Below are positions 48,259 through 59,500 of a stretch of 64,000 bases of DNA, piece by piece (position 1 is the first letter of the stretch; each line of letters starts with the position of its first letter). Under the pieces are notes generated by a model. That model did no database searches and was not told the origin of the DNA. It worked only from the letters and a program-made list of their open reading frames with translations. Made by a program: the position numbers and the translations under genes. The stretch is from Malacoraja senta (lineage: Eukaryota), in assembly GCA_038087875.1 (NCBI GenBank), contig CM075989.1, forward strand, positions 2,790,001 to 2,854,000, written 5' to 3'.

Positions 48259-48600
48259 ATGAAAGAGAGGACATTGGTGAGTTGTACCGCTCCTATGAGC
48301 CTTTCCTCTCATCAACTCACGGCTGTACAATTGTTGGTGCATTCCCAGCGTCACTCCCTGCAGGCTTTGGTTGATTCTGGGGCAGATGAGAACTTCTTGG
48401 ACATTCGCTTGGCTGATGAATTCAAGCTGGAACGTGAACAGCTTCAAAATCCTCTGGAGGCTAGTGCACTGGATGGGCGCCTACTGTGCAGGGTAACTCA
48501 CCGAACTCAACCTGTTCAACTCGTCGTGGCAGGTAATCACATTGAGACCATCAGGTTTCACCTCCTCGACTCTTCTCTTCATCCTCTGGTTTTGGGGCTC
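48259..48600 (+). pseudogene. Aspartic protease of the sushi element
   Basis: ALVDSGADENF..ALDGR..PLVLG. Confidence 0.85.
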
Positions 48601-50155
48601 TCTTCTTTAATCGGTTTGATTTTGTACTTTCTTACCGCCCTGGTGCCAAGAATGGCAAACCTGATGCTCTCTCCAGACAGTTTGATCCTGACCCGGCCCC
48701 TAAAGTTTCAACTCCCATTCTGCCTGCTTCCTGTGTTGTTGGGGCGGTTACTTGGGAGATTGAGAAGAGAGTTTCCGAGGCTACTGCTGGTAGTCAGTCC
48801 CCGCTAGGGTGTCCCTCTAATCGTCTGTTTGTTCCCGAGTCTCTTCGCTCACAGGTGATTCACTGGGCTCATACGTCCCGGATCTCCTGTATTCCCGGTG
48901 TCGGCCGAACCCTGTTTGTGGCCAAACAGCGGTTTTGGTGGCCTTCCATGGAGAGGGGGATTAAGGAGTACTTCGCCGCCTGCAGTATTTGTGCTCAGAA
49001 CAAGACCTCACGTCGGCCTGTCTTTGGCCTCTTGAGTCCGCTGCCTGTCCCCTCACGCCCCTGGTCAGACATCTCCATGGACTTTGTCACGGGCCTGCCC
49101 TCTTCTGAAGGTAACACCAGTCATGACTGTATTGGACAGATTTTCTAAGATGGTCCACTTCATTCCATTGCACAAGCTTCCCTCCGCCAAGAAAACGGCG
49201 GAGGTCATGTTGTCTCATGTTTTTCGAATTGATGGATTTCCCAGAGACATTGTGTCTGACCGGGGGCCTCAGTTCGTGTCCAGGTTTTGGAAGGAGTTTT
49301 GTACTCTGTTGGACACCACGGTCAGCCTTACATCTGGTTATCACCCGGAATCCAATGGACAAACTGAACGCCTTAACCAGGAATTGGAGACAGGACTGCG
49401 GTGCTTGGTGGCACAGAACCCTTCAACTTGGAGCAAACACCTTATTTGGGTGGAGTATGCACACAACACACTTCCTTGCTCATCCTCTGGTCTCTCTCCA
49501 TTCCAGTGTGCCTATGGTTATCAACCGCCATTGTTCCCTGCTGTGGAGAAGGAGTCCAGTGTGCCCTCCGCTCAGGCTCTCGTCCGTCGCTGTCACAAGG
49601 TTTGGAATGGGGCTCGTCAGATGCTGTTGCGCAGTTCTGCGCGTTACAAGAGGATGGCTGACCGTGGAAGAACGCCGGCTCCAGTATACTCGCCTGGCCA
49701 CAAGGTGTGGCTCTCCACTCCAGACTTACCTCTGAGAGTGGAATCCCGGAAGCTGGCTCTTCGTTTTGTTGGTCCTTTCCCCATATCGAAGGTCATCAAT
49801 CCTGTGGCGGTTCGTCTCCAGCTCCCCCATGCCATGAGGGTCCACCCTACTTTCCATGTCTCCCGACTGAAGCCATTTAAGGAGAGTCCTCTGGTCCCTG
49901 CCTCCAAACCCCCTCCGCCTCCCCGGCTCCTTGATGGGGGTCCAGTGTTTACGGTAAGCCGGTTGCTGGGGATGAGCCGGCGTGGTCGTGGTCATCAGTA
50001 TCTTGTGGATTGGGAGGGTTATGGACCCGAGGAGCGGTCTTGGGTGCCGACTCGCTACATATGCAACCCTGAACTTATCAGGGAATATCGGCGCCAACAT
50101 CCTGAAGATCCTGGGCCATCAGGAGCCGGCCGTGGATGGTGGGGGGGTGGGGTAC
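48601..50155 (+). pseudogene. RNase H tail, integrase and chromodomain (frameshifted)
   Basis: YRPGAKNGKPDALSR; H..C..C zinc region; [49 protein letters not shown]. Confidence 0.9.
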
Positions 50156-50618
50156 TGTCAGGTCTCATGTTTGATCTAGTTTCTGTTTCTTATTGTTTTT
50201 TATTATTATTGGTTGCATTCTTGTTTTATTTTGGTGTCTCACATCTCCTCTCGTTTCAGGTCCCATTTCCTGTCATGTCGTTTCCCCTCGTGGGCCCTGC
50301 TGGCCCTGCCCTGATGTGTTTCACCTGTGTCTCGTTATCCCGTTAGGCTGTGTATTTAAGCCCTTTGTGTTTTAGTTCTCATTGCCAGTTCGTTGTGTAT
50401 GTTACTTTGTATCACCTCGTGCCAGCTCTAGAAATCTTTTGACCTTGTTATCTCGACCAGTGCCTGTTTTCGACCACTGTTTTTGCCTGCTCCTAGATTG
50501 TACTGTTGCCTCCGTTTTTACCTACCTGTGTACTGACTTGGACCGATTAAACTCTGAAAACTGATCTGCCCTGTGTCTGAGCCTGCATTTGAGTCCTCCT
50601 CCTCGTTCAGTTCTGATA
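50156..50618 (+). repeat. 3' LTR (463 bp)
   Basis: Matches the reassembled 5' LTR (453 bp) apart from a ~10-bp indel and a few substitutions. Confidence 0.95.
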
Positions 50619-51725
50619 TGCTGCCTCTCCCGCTGAGTTATTTCAGCTTTTAGCATCTGCAGTTGCTTTCTACTTGGGCTTGTTTTAACAGTGTATCTTT
50701 CTTTTTTAATTCTCCTGGAGGTGAGACTAGTGTAGGTGCGCCATCTTGACTGGCACGAGTAAGTAGGGCCGAAGGTCCTGTTCTGTTTCCATGCTGTATG
50801 ACTCCAGGACTCAGGATAACAGCTCAGAACTGACGCACTGCATCTGTATAGATGCCACCTACTCAAGGCCATTTCAGGTGAAGTTATTAAAAGTTAGCTT
50901 TACCAGTGACACCTACACCTCGATGGTTCAATGGATCAATGGTCCTTTATTGTCACGTGTATCGAGGTACAGTGAAATTGATTTACCATACAGTCATACA
51001 AAAAAACAGAAGCTAGATACAAAACTACATAGAGATTAAACAAAAACAGCCCCCACAGCGGCATGTGAGAATCCCCAGGGCACACAGCATAAGCGGAGAC
51101 CCACAGCCATCAGTTCAATGTCTGGGACACACACACGCTCCGTCACCGTGATGTGACCAGAGTTGTACCGACCGCCGCCACGCTCTCCGCAGTCCCCCAC
51201 CCCCCCCCCCCCGCACCCCCCACCCCCCAAGTAACATGGGACCAGTGTGAATGGGTGATCAATGGTCAGCATGGATTTAGTGGGCCGAAGGGCCTATTTC
51301 TATTCTGTATCCCTAACCTAAACTAAACAGATCATTGATCATGTGAATCTGAGGTTAATCGGGACTTTTCCTCACATAGGTTGGGGAAAGTTTAGAATGC
51401 TCTGGTGCAGAGGGATGTGGAGGTTACGTCATTGCAGGTGTTTCAAGAAGAAGTTGAATCTTCTTCTTCTTGCATATGGCGTGCACAGCCTAAAGTTGTA
51501 GGACAACGTTGTAGATGGTTTATGCATGCAACCAATAATATAGCTACCTCAGTACCACTAACCACGCCTTAGTTATCAAGTATAAGAACTCTATCTCCCG
51601 TGTGCTCCTCCCTTGGTTCCAGCATGATGACAGACTGGGTGCAGTCAGTGCTGGAAAGTGTTTAACCTGTCTTATTATTAAACGTCAAGTAAAGTTACAA
51701 GTGAGTCAGACTCAGCTTCTTTACA

Positions 51726-51738
51726 TGGTGTTAGCAAG
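51726..51738 (+). promoter_or_regulatory. tRNA primer-binding site (tRNA-Leu-like, degenerate)
   Basis: TGGTGTTAGCAAG directly after the LTR; resembles TGGTGTCAGAAG. Confidence 0.6.
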
Positions 51739-51819
51739 TTTAAACGCGTGCCTCCTGTATATCATGGGGGGGTTTTCTTTGAAAGTGTTGCTTTATCGGA
51801 GTTTTGTGACTTTTTGGCC

Positions 51820-54800
51820 ATGGCATCCTCGTGCCGCCAACCCTCGCCCCTGGTCTTTGATGCTGACATAGCTGAACGCTGGGCGACTTTTGAAATGGAC
51901 TTCACTCATTACATCAATATCGTGCATCGCAACGATCCCGATATTGTTAAAGCTTCTCTCCTACTGAACCATGCGGGTCCAGATGCCATGAGGAGAGCGC
52001 GAGCCTTTGCCTATGATCCCGAGGTCCAGGATGCGAACGACCTGATTCAGGTACCTGCGGAGTCTGCAAACGACCCAATATGTCTATTGCGAAAATTTGC
52101 CGAAATTTGCGACTTGCCCTCGAACCGTATTTTAGAGCGAGCAAAGTTTTTCACGAGAAAGCAACAGCCCGACGAACATGTTGAATGCTTTATTGTGGAT
52201 CTGCGCTATCTCGCACAGCGATGCCGATTTGAAAACATGACTGACCAGCTAACCAGGGACATTTTAATGACAGGTATGCTGGATCAGAAACTGCGATCCG
52301 AGCTACTAAGGAGGCCGGATCTTACACTGACAGACGCAATGCATGCATGCAGGTTGGCTGAAGTCGTTGACCCGTTGTTCGGACAAAGGGGCACTGATGG
52401 TCGATCGGTCAATTTAACTGGTCTCAACAGACCACGTCCCAAAATAGATAACGCTAGACCCGCGCCGCGGGCAGGTTATGTCCCCGGAGGACGGGTGGTT
52501 ATAAGGTGCCCTAATTGTAACTATGTACATTCAATGCAATCGCAGTGTCCGGCTTATGGTAAATCATGTAATTTCTGCAAGAGATTGAATCACTTCTCGG
52601 CGGTTTGCCGTTCCCGTGGGAACCTGCCACCTGTTCCTAGACAAGTATTAAACAACCTAGCACAAGTTGATAGCGATTTTGGTTCCCAGTCCTCTCTCGA
52701 CACTGCCCACGACTCTGAGGCAATTAGTTCTCAAGGAGATGCTAGTATATTTACACTCCTACACGCACCTGCTCGCCTCCCCGATCCATCGGTCCTCGTT
52801 ACCGTCAACAACTGTCCGTTCACAGCCAAACTCGACACGGGGGCAAAAGTCAATGTTATGTCAACAAACCTGTTCAGAAAGATTAGACACAATGAACCAC
52901 TGACTTCAGACCGTTCGACCTTACGTGCCTATGGGGGCGAGGTACTGAAACCTGTGGGAAAGGCAACTTTTAATTGTGTGCTGCAGAGGTCATCGCGGCC
53001 CCTCATGTTTTATGTTCTGGATTCCGATTGTGTGACTCTGTTGGGCAACCAGGCATGCCAAGACCTGGGACTAGTGTCCTTCGATCGTACTGTCCACGAA
53101 ATACGGTTGCCAATGGATCCGTTATCCGAGTACCCGGATCTGTTTGATAATGAGCTGGGCAAACTGCCCCTTGTCTACAAGATTGTCACCGACCCCAAAG
53201 TGGTGCCAGTGGTCCGTGCACCACACAGAGTATCCCTCGCTTTAAAGGATAAAGTGGAAGCGATGCTGAAGAGCATGGTTACAATGGGGCTGCTGGAAGC
53301 AGTGAGCGAGCCCACCGAGTGGGTCTCCACCATGGTTGCTACCCTGAAAAAGGACAAAAATGAGATACGGGTGTGTATCAACCCCAAAGACCTGAACCTC
53401 GCGATCAGGCGGCCACACTACCCCATGAGAACCGTAGAGGACGTCGCAGCTCAGGTCGGCCAGGCTACGGTGTTTTCTGTCCTTGATGCAAAAAGCTCTT
53501 TCTGGCAAATACCACTCGATAGGCGCTCCTCCGACCTGACAACTTTTTCCACTCCTTATGGCAGATTTAAGTTTCTACGGATGCCATTCGGTATTAACTC
53601 TGCCAGTGAAGTGTTTCAGCGATCCATGGAACAGCTGTTCGCTGGCATGCCTTGCGCCATCATCGTTGACGACATCCTAGTTTATGGGGAGAATGCCACC
53701 GAACATGATAAGAACCTCCGCAGAGTCCTGGACCGTGCCCAGCAGATCAACTTAAAACTGAACAAGAACAAATGCCGGTTCCGTGTCTCAGAGGTGCCGT
53801 ACGTCGGGCACATCTTCACTTCCAATGGACTGAAACCCGACCCGCAAAGGACTATTGCAATATCCGAAATGCCAGCCCCAACTGACGTGCTTGGTCTACA
53901 ATGATTCCTGGGCATGGTCAACTACCTCGGGAAGTTTGTACCGAATCTCAGTGAGCTGAGCTCATCCCTGAGACAACTAACTAAGAAAGGCATCGCCTGG
54001 TCCTGGTTTCCACAACACCAGCAGGCTTTCGAATGTCTGGGTGCTGCTTGCCTGCAGCTCTACGGCGACGGCTCCCTGCTACCGGTCTCGTATGCCTCTC
54101 GGACCATGACCGACACGGAGCAACGATATGCTCAGATCGAGAAGGAGCTCCTGGCTGTGGTGTTTGCTTGTTCCAAATTCAAAGACTTTCTCTTTGGCTG
54201 TAGATTCACAGTCGAGACCGACCACCAGCCACTGGTGACCATTCTTAACAAACCCATACATGTTGCCCCTGCCAGACTACAACGTATGATGCTGCAACTC
54301 CAGCGTTTTGATTTTGAAATCACATACAAGAAAGGAACGGAGATGCATGTTGCTGACACACTTTCTCGCGCCCCACGGGCATCCTGTGACCGCCACCCTT
54401 ATGAGCAGGAAAATCTACTCGTACTTAATGTCAACTTTGTTCCAACCAAGCAGCTACAGAGCCTGATCGAGCACACCGCCGCGGACCCCGCACTGCAGCA
54501 GCTGGCTGCCATCATCAAGCGCGGGTGGCCCGTCAAACGTACCAATTTGCCATCGGGCGCACAACCGTTCTTCCTGGTCTGCGACGAGCTGGTGATCCAG
54601 GATGGGGTTATCGTCAAAAGCCACAAAGTTGTGGTCCCAGCCTCTCTATACGATCTATACTACAACGCAGCCCACATTGGTCATCCTGGAATCGAGGCCA
54701 CTGTTTCTCATGCCCAAGGACAGTTCTACTGGCCTGGCATGGCCAACTACATCAGGAACCGGGTGTCCTCCTGTGCCTCCTGCAACAACCTTACCCCACA

Positions 54801-55894
54801 CCAGCAGCGTCAACCTCTTCTGCAGCAGCCGGCGCCAGCCATGCCTTGGACATCGCTGGCTGCTGACATATTCGAATGGCGGGGTAAGCACTTTCTTGTC
54901 CTGGTGGACTCATTCTCCAATTGGTTCGACATTGACCACCTTCCGTCCGCCACCTCCGGGAGGGTCATCGCAAAGATGCGTCAGCATTTCGCCGACCACG
55001 GCGTCCCTGTCCGCTTACAGACCGACAATGGACCGCATTTCACAAGTGCCGAGTTCAAAGCTTTCGCTGCAAGGTGGAACTTCCATCACTACACCAGCAA
55101 TAACGGCCTGGCCGAACGGGCCGTGCGGAGTGCTAAGGGCCTGATGGAGCAGTCCCGCCTGTCAAACAGCGATATTTACCTGGACTTACTTAACATACGT
55201 AACGTTTCACGGGACCCGTTTATGGGTTCCCCTGCCCAACGTCTGATGTCCAGAGTGACAGGACAACCCATGCCCATCGCCCAGCAGTCCCTGATGCCCA
55301 AAGTGTTCGATCCTGCCACAGTCCAAAGACGGATCGATCATAAACATGAAGTTCAACGGCGTTCCCACGACAGGTCCTGCCGCCCTCTGCTGCCTCTGCT
55401 ACCCGGGCAGGTCGTTCGGATGCGGACCGCCACCGGCTATTCCCGCCTCGCGACGGTGACTGGCGTGGACGACTCTCCAAGATCGTACCTGGTGGATTAC
55501 GAAGGGACTACCTACCGACGCAGCCGTCAGCATCTGTTGGCCGTCAACGAGTCAAAGCCTCCTCCTGCGCCTCCTTATGCTCCTCCGTTGTCGTTTCCAC
55601 CTGCTGCCGCTGATCACCCTGCTGCTCCATGCATGCCCCATTCCCCTCGCTTATTGCGGTCTCCTGTTTCGCTGCCTCCTGGTCTTGGCCGGTCGCTGTC
55701 ACCTCCTGCACGTCCTTCCCCTCCTATCTCTCCCGCTCCTGCTCTGGCTGCATCTCCCCCTCCCTTGCCGTTCCTGCCTGCCTCCGCTACGGCTTCTCTT
55801 CTTTCTGATGGGGGGGGGGGGGGGGGAAGGTGCTGTACGTACGCGTTCGAGTCGCATTGTTAAGCCGCCTGTCCGTTACGGCGACTTTGTCTAA
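51820..55894 (+). pseudogene. Gag-pol: two CCHC knuckles, PR, RT, RNase H, IN; stop at 53902-53904 and in-frame deletions
   Basis: CPNC..H..C and CNFC..NHF..C; LDTGA; LDAKSSFWQ, RMPFG, IVDD; YAQIEKE, ETDHQPL; HIGH..CASC, ADIFE, TDNG, GLAER. ORFs 51748..53904 and 53914..55863 are in the same frame. Confidence 0.93.
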
Positions 55895-56339
55895 ATTCGC
55901 ACGTTTATTGTAATAACACTATCCTGATTGCCTCCATGTGCATTTGATTCTAAGGGGAAGGATGTAGATGGTTTATGCATGCAACCAATAATATAGCTAC
56001 CTCAGTACCACTAACCACGCCTTAGTTATCAAGTATAAGAACTCTATCTCCCGTGTGCTCCTCCCTTGGTTCCAGCATGATGACAGACTGGGTGCAGTCA
56101 GTGCTGGAAAGTGTTTAACATGTCTTATTATTAAACGTTAAGTAAAGCTACAAGTGAGTCAGACTCAGCTTCTTTACATGGTGTTCTATTTTAATCTTAT
56201 TTGATTGTGCACGCAATCAAGTAGAATAGTTTTTGAAAGATCAGGGAATTGCAGGCAGTAGGGAATGGACGTGGGTGGATATAAGGTGTGCGGCAGGGTC
56301 CATGTGACCTCATCCCTGCTCCTGCTACAGTACATGTTG

Positions 56340-56545
56340 CTCTTCATATGTTGCCCGCCATCGAAGGAATCTATAGGAGGCGTTGCCTCAAAAAGGCAGT
56401 CAGTATCAACAAAGACCCACACCACCATGTTCTCATTTCACCCCTGCCATCAGGAAGAAGACACAGGAGCCTGGAAACCATGACTACCTGGTTCGAGTAC
56501 AGCTTCTTCCCAACAACCATCAGGCTCTGAAACACCACACGACAC
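56340..56545 (+). mobile_element. Rex1/Babar LINE ORF C-terminal fragment
   Basis: RCLKKAVSINKDPHH..LPSGRRHRSL..SFFPTTIRL; related 3' UTR pieces at ~56657 and ~57218. Confidence 0.75.
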
Positions 56546-59500
56546 AAACCTCAAGTCTGAACCGAAGATAGACACAGAATGCTGGAGTAACTCAGCGGGC
56601 CTGGCAGCATCTCTGGAGATAAAGAATGGGTGACGTTTCTGGTCGAGACCCTTTGAACTATGGGCTGTCTTTGGTTGCACTAAGGTCTTCAGGTTTTCCA
56701 AATTAGTATTGGGGTTACTAACTTATTGAATTTGTCTTCATTATATATTATCTGTGTATCGTGCCGACATTCCTGTTACGCTGATGCAAATAACAATTCC
56801 ATTGCTCTGTTGCAGAACAATTGGACACTCTTGATGGATTCCCTCCTTGTTGTAGAGTTCACTGGCTTGGGGATTGTTGCAGGTAGTCAAGGGAATAATG
56901 TTTGGCTGTGCCAATGTATTATTACACAACAGCAATAGGCAGCCCAGTGGCGCAGACAATAGAGCTGATACCTCTCAGTGCCAGAGACCCCCAGTCAATC
57001 CTGACCACGGGTGCTGTCTGTGCGGAGTTTGCATGTTCTCCCTGTAACCGCGTGGGTTTCCTCCAGGTGCTCCGGTTTCCTCCCACACCCCAAAGGCATG
57101 CGGGTTTGTACGTTAAGTAGCTCAGTAAATTGGCCCTAGTGTGTAGTGAGTGGATACAAAAGTTAGATAACATAGACCTCGTATGAACGGCTGATCAAAA
57201 CTAATCTTAACGATGATCTATGGACTGTCTTTGGTTGCACAAAGGACTTTGTATTTTTTTGTACTAGTATTGGGGTTATTAATCTATATAATTTAGTTGA
57301 TTATACATTATCACTGTATTATAGGCCTATATTAGTACAGTAAGCAAGATTTTCATTGTTCAATTGTCAATATGTATGACAATGAGACAATCTTGATTCT
57401 TGACTCTTGATTCATACTATCTTGTAGATAGAGTCTGAAGTCTGAAGAAGGGTCTCGACCCAAAACGTCACCCATTCCTTCTTTCCAGAGACACTCCCTG
57501 TCCCGCTGAGTTACTCCAGCTTTTTGTTCCTATCTTATAGATCAGTGATGAAAAACCCAGGAAGATAGTTCTTGCTCTTACTAATGGATTAGGGTGAACA
57601 ACCCCAAGACGTGCTCTCTCAGTATCTGCAGCTTATCACTTCTAAATTGAAAAGCAAATCTATCCTCTAGTCAGCATTGGCATTCAGTTTATTGGAAGAT
57701 TCATTGCCTTATCTCATTGACTTTCACACAAACCACGTGCCTGTTCTCTCTCCAATTTAACATTTCTATTCTTTCTCAAATTGTGTTCCTTTTTCTTTCC
57801 TGAATTGCAGTTTGTAGGTTTAGTTTTCGTTTTAGTGAAACGGGCCCTATTGGCCCACTGAGTCCGTGCCGGCCAGTGATCCCTGCACACTAGCACAATC
57901 CTACACACTTGGGACAATTTACAATCTATAATGAAGCCAATTAATGCTACAAATCTGTACATCTTTGGAGTGTGGGAGGAAACCAGAGCACCCGCGGAAA
58001 ATCCTTGCGGTCACGGGGAGAATGAACAAGCTTCCTCAGTTATAGATGTACTGATGATCTCAGAAATGGACCACAGGGGTGTCCACCGAGCAATGAGTTC
58101 CTGGGGTTACAATAATCTTTTCTTTAGTTCGTCTTTTCCAATGATTCCATATTGCCCCTGGCATCTTGCACTCCCTATTCAACATATGCTACACCTTCCA
58201 ATGGTATCTCTGACAAATGCCAACCCATTTGACCCAAACCTTTTCCTGAATCCGTCAACTATCAATGTATTTCCCAATGTATGGGAACAGGTAATGTTCC
58301 CATACCTGCCATTGCAGTAACTTTCCAAATATTATATTTTATTATGTGATATAAGTTATAGATGTAAGTAACATATATACATTATAACGTGTAATATATA
58401 ATATATAATGTGGAGTATATAACATAGCATATATAATAATATATGATTATAAAATATATGTTATATATAACCTGGTTTACCTGCAATTCTGAGCAAAGTA
58501 CAAAGCATTGGAGGGATTAAACAGGTCATGCAGCATCTCTGGAAGTTGACTGGATAGGCGATAGTGACTGGTGGTCATGGGGGGGAGAAAGCTATAAAGA
58601 TGGTGGTTGTGAGGCAAAGTCAGGTATGATAAGGGGTGTTTGCTTAGCAGATGGGTAGACAACAGGCTCGTGACGAAAAAGAGACAAAAAGGTGTCAGAT
58701 AAGCAGAGAAGAGGACTGAAAGGTAAAGTCAGTGGGAGGAATATAGATGGTTGGGGACGATTATTGATGCGCACAGTGCTAGGTCCAACCATTTTCCAAC
58801 TTTCTGACCCCTACGACAGTCAGGCTGCAGAAGGGTCTCGGCCTGAAACGTCACCCATTCCTGCTCTCCAGAGATGCTGCCTCACCCGCTGAGTTAATCC
58901 AGCTTTTTGTATCTATCCAAGAGTTCCTCTTGTACTTTGTGTATTGCTCAAGATTCCAGTATCTGCAGTTAATTGTGGCTTTTCCTGAAACAATGCTGAT
59001 TCTCTTTCACCCACACAATTCCTTTACATTTTAATTTTTCCAAATTCACATTTAATTTTTGCTGGAGCATTCGCCTCCAATTAAACGTCATGCACAAAGT
59101 GGTTGGCTTTCTAACCTTTCCAAGAACTATAGGGTGGCACAATGGCACACTTCTGTTCCATCCTGACCTTGGGTGCTGTCTGTGTGGAGTTTGCAAGTTC
59201 TCCCTTTGACCTCATGGGTTTCCTATGGGTGGGCCGGTTTCCTCTCACATCCTAAAGACATGCAGGTTTGTAAGTTAATTGGTCTCTGTAAATTGCCCAT
59301 AGTGTGTAGGGAATGGATGTAAACTGGGATAATATAGAACGAGTGTGAATGGGTGAACAATGGGTGGCGTGGACTTGATGGGCCGAAGGGCCTGTTTCCA
59401 TGCTGTGTTCAATGATTCAATGGTTCAATGAACTTTATTGTCAAGTGTACAGTGAAATGCTTTGTTTTGCGTACACCCCAGTAAAATCATACAGCAGACC

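Larger units (their letters stand above)
44848..50618 (+). mobile_element. Tf1/sushi-type chromoviral Ty3/gypsy LTR retrotransposon with RT/RNase H deleted
   Basis: LTRs TGTCA..TGATA at 44848-47173 (split by CR1) and 50156-50618; 5-bp TSD TGCTG (44843-44847, 50619-50623); G-rich PPT 50141-50152; gag, PR, IN and chromodomain. Confidence 0.95.
51510..56178 (+). mobile_element. Mag-like Ty3/gypsy LTR retrotransposon, near full length
   Basis: 216-bp TG..CA LTRs (51510-51725, 55963-56178) differing at 3 positions; PBS TGGTGTTAGCAAG; PPT AAGGGGAAGGA; single gag-pol frame. Confidence 0.95.

Noticed and set aside
48238..48262. PEG10-type -1 frameshift site between gag and protease
   Set aside because: No clear X XXY YYZ heptamer identifiable in this mutated copy.
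50156..50346. Hydrophobic C-terminus of ORF 49084..50346 as an env or transmembrane domain
   Set aside because: Read-through into T-rich LTR sequence.
58325..58470. Extremely AT-rich tract as origin or regulatory element
   Set aside because: Degenerate (TA)n microsatellite.
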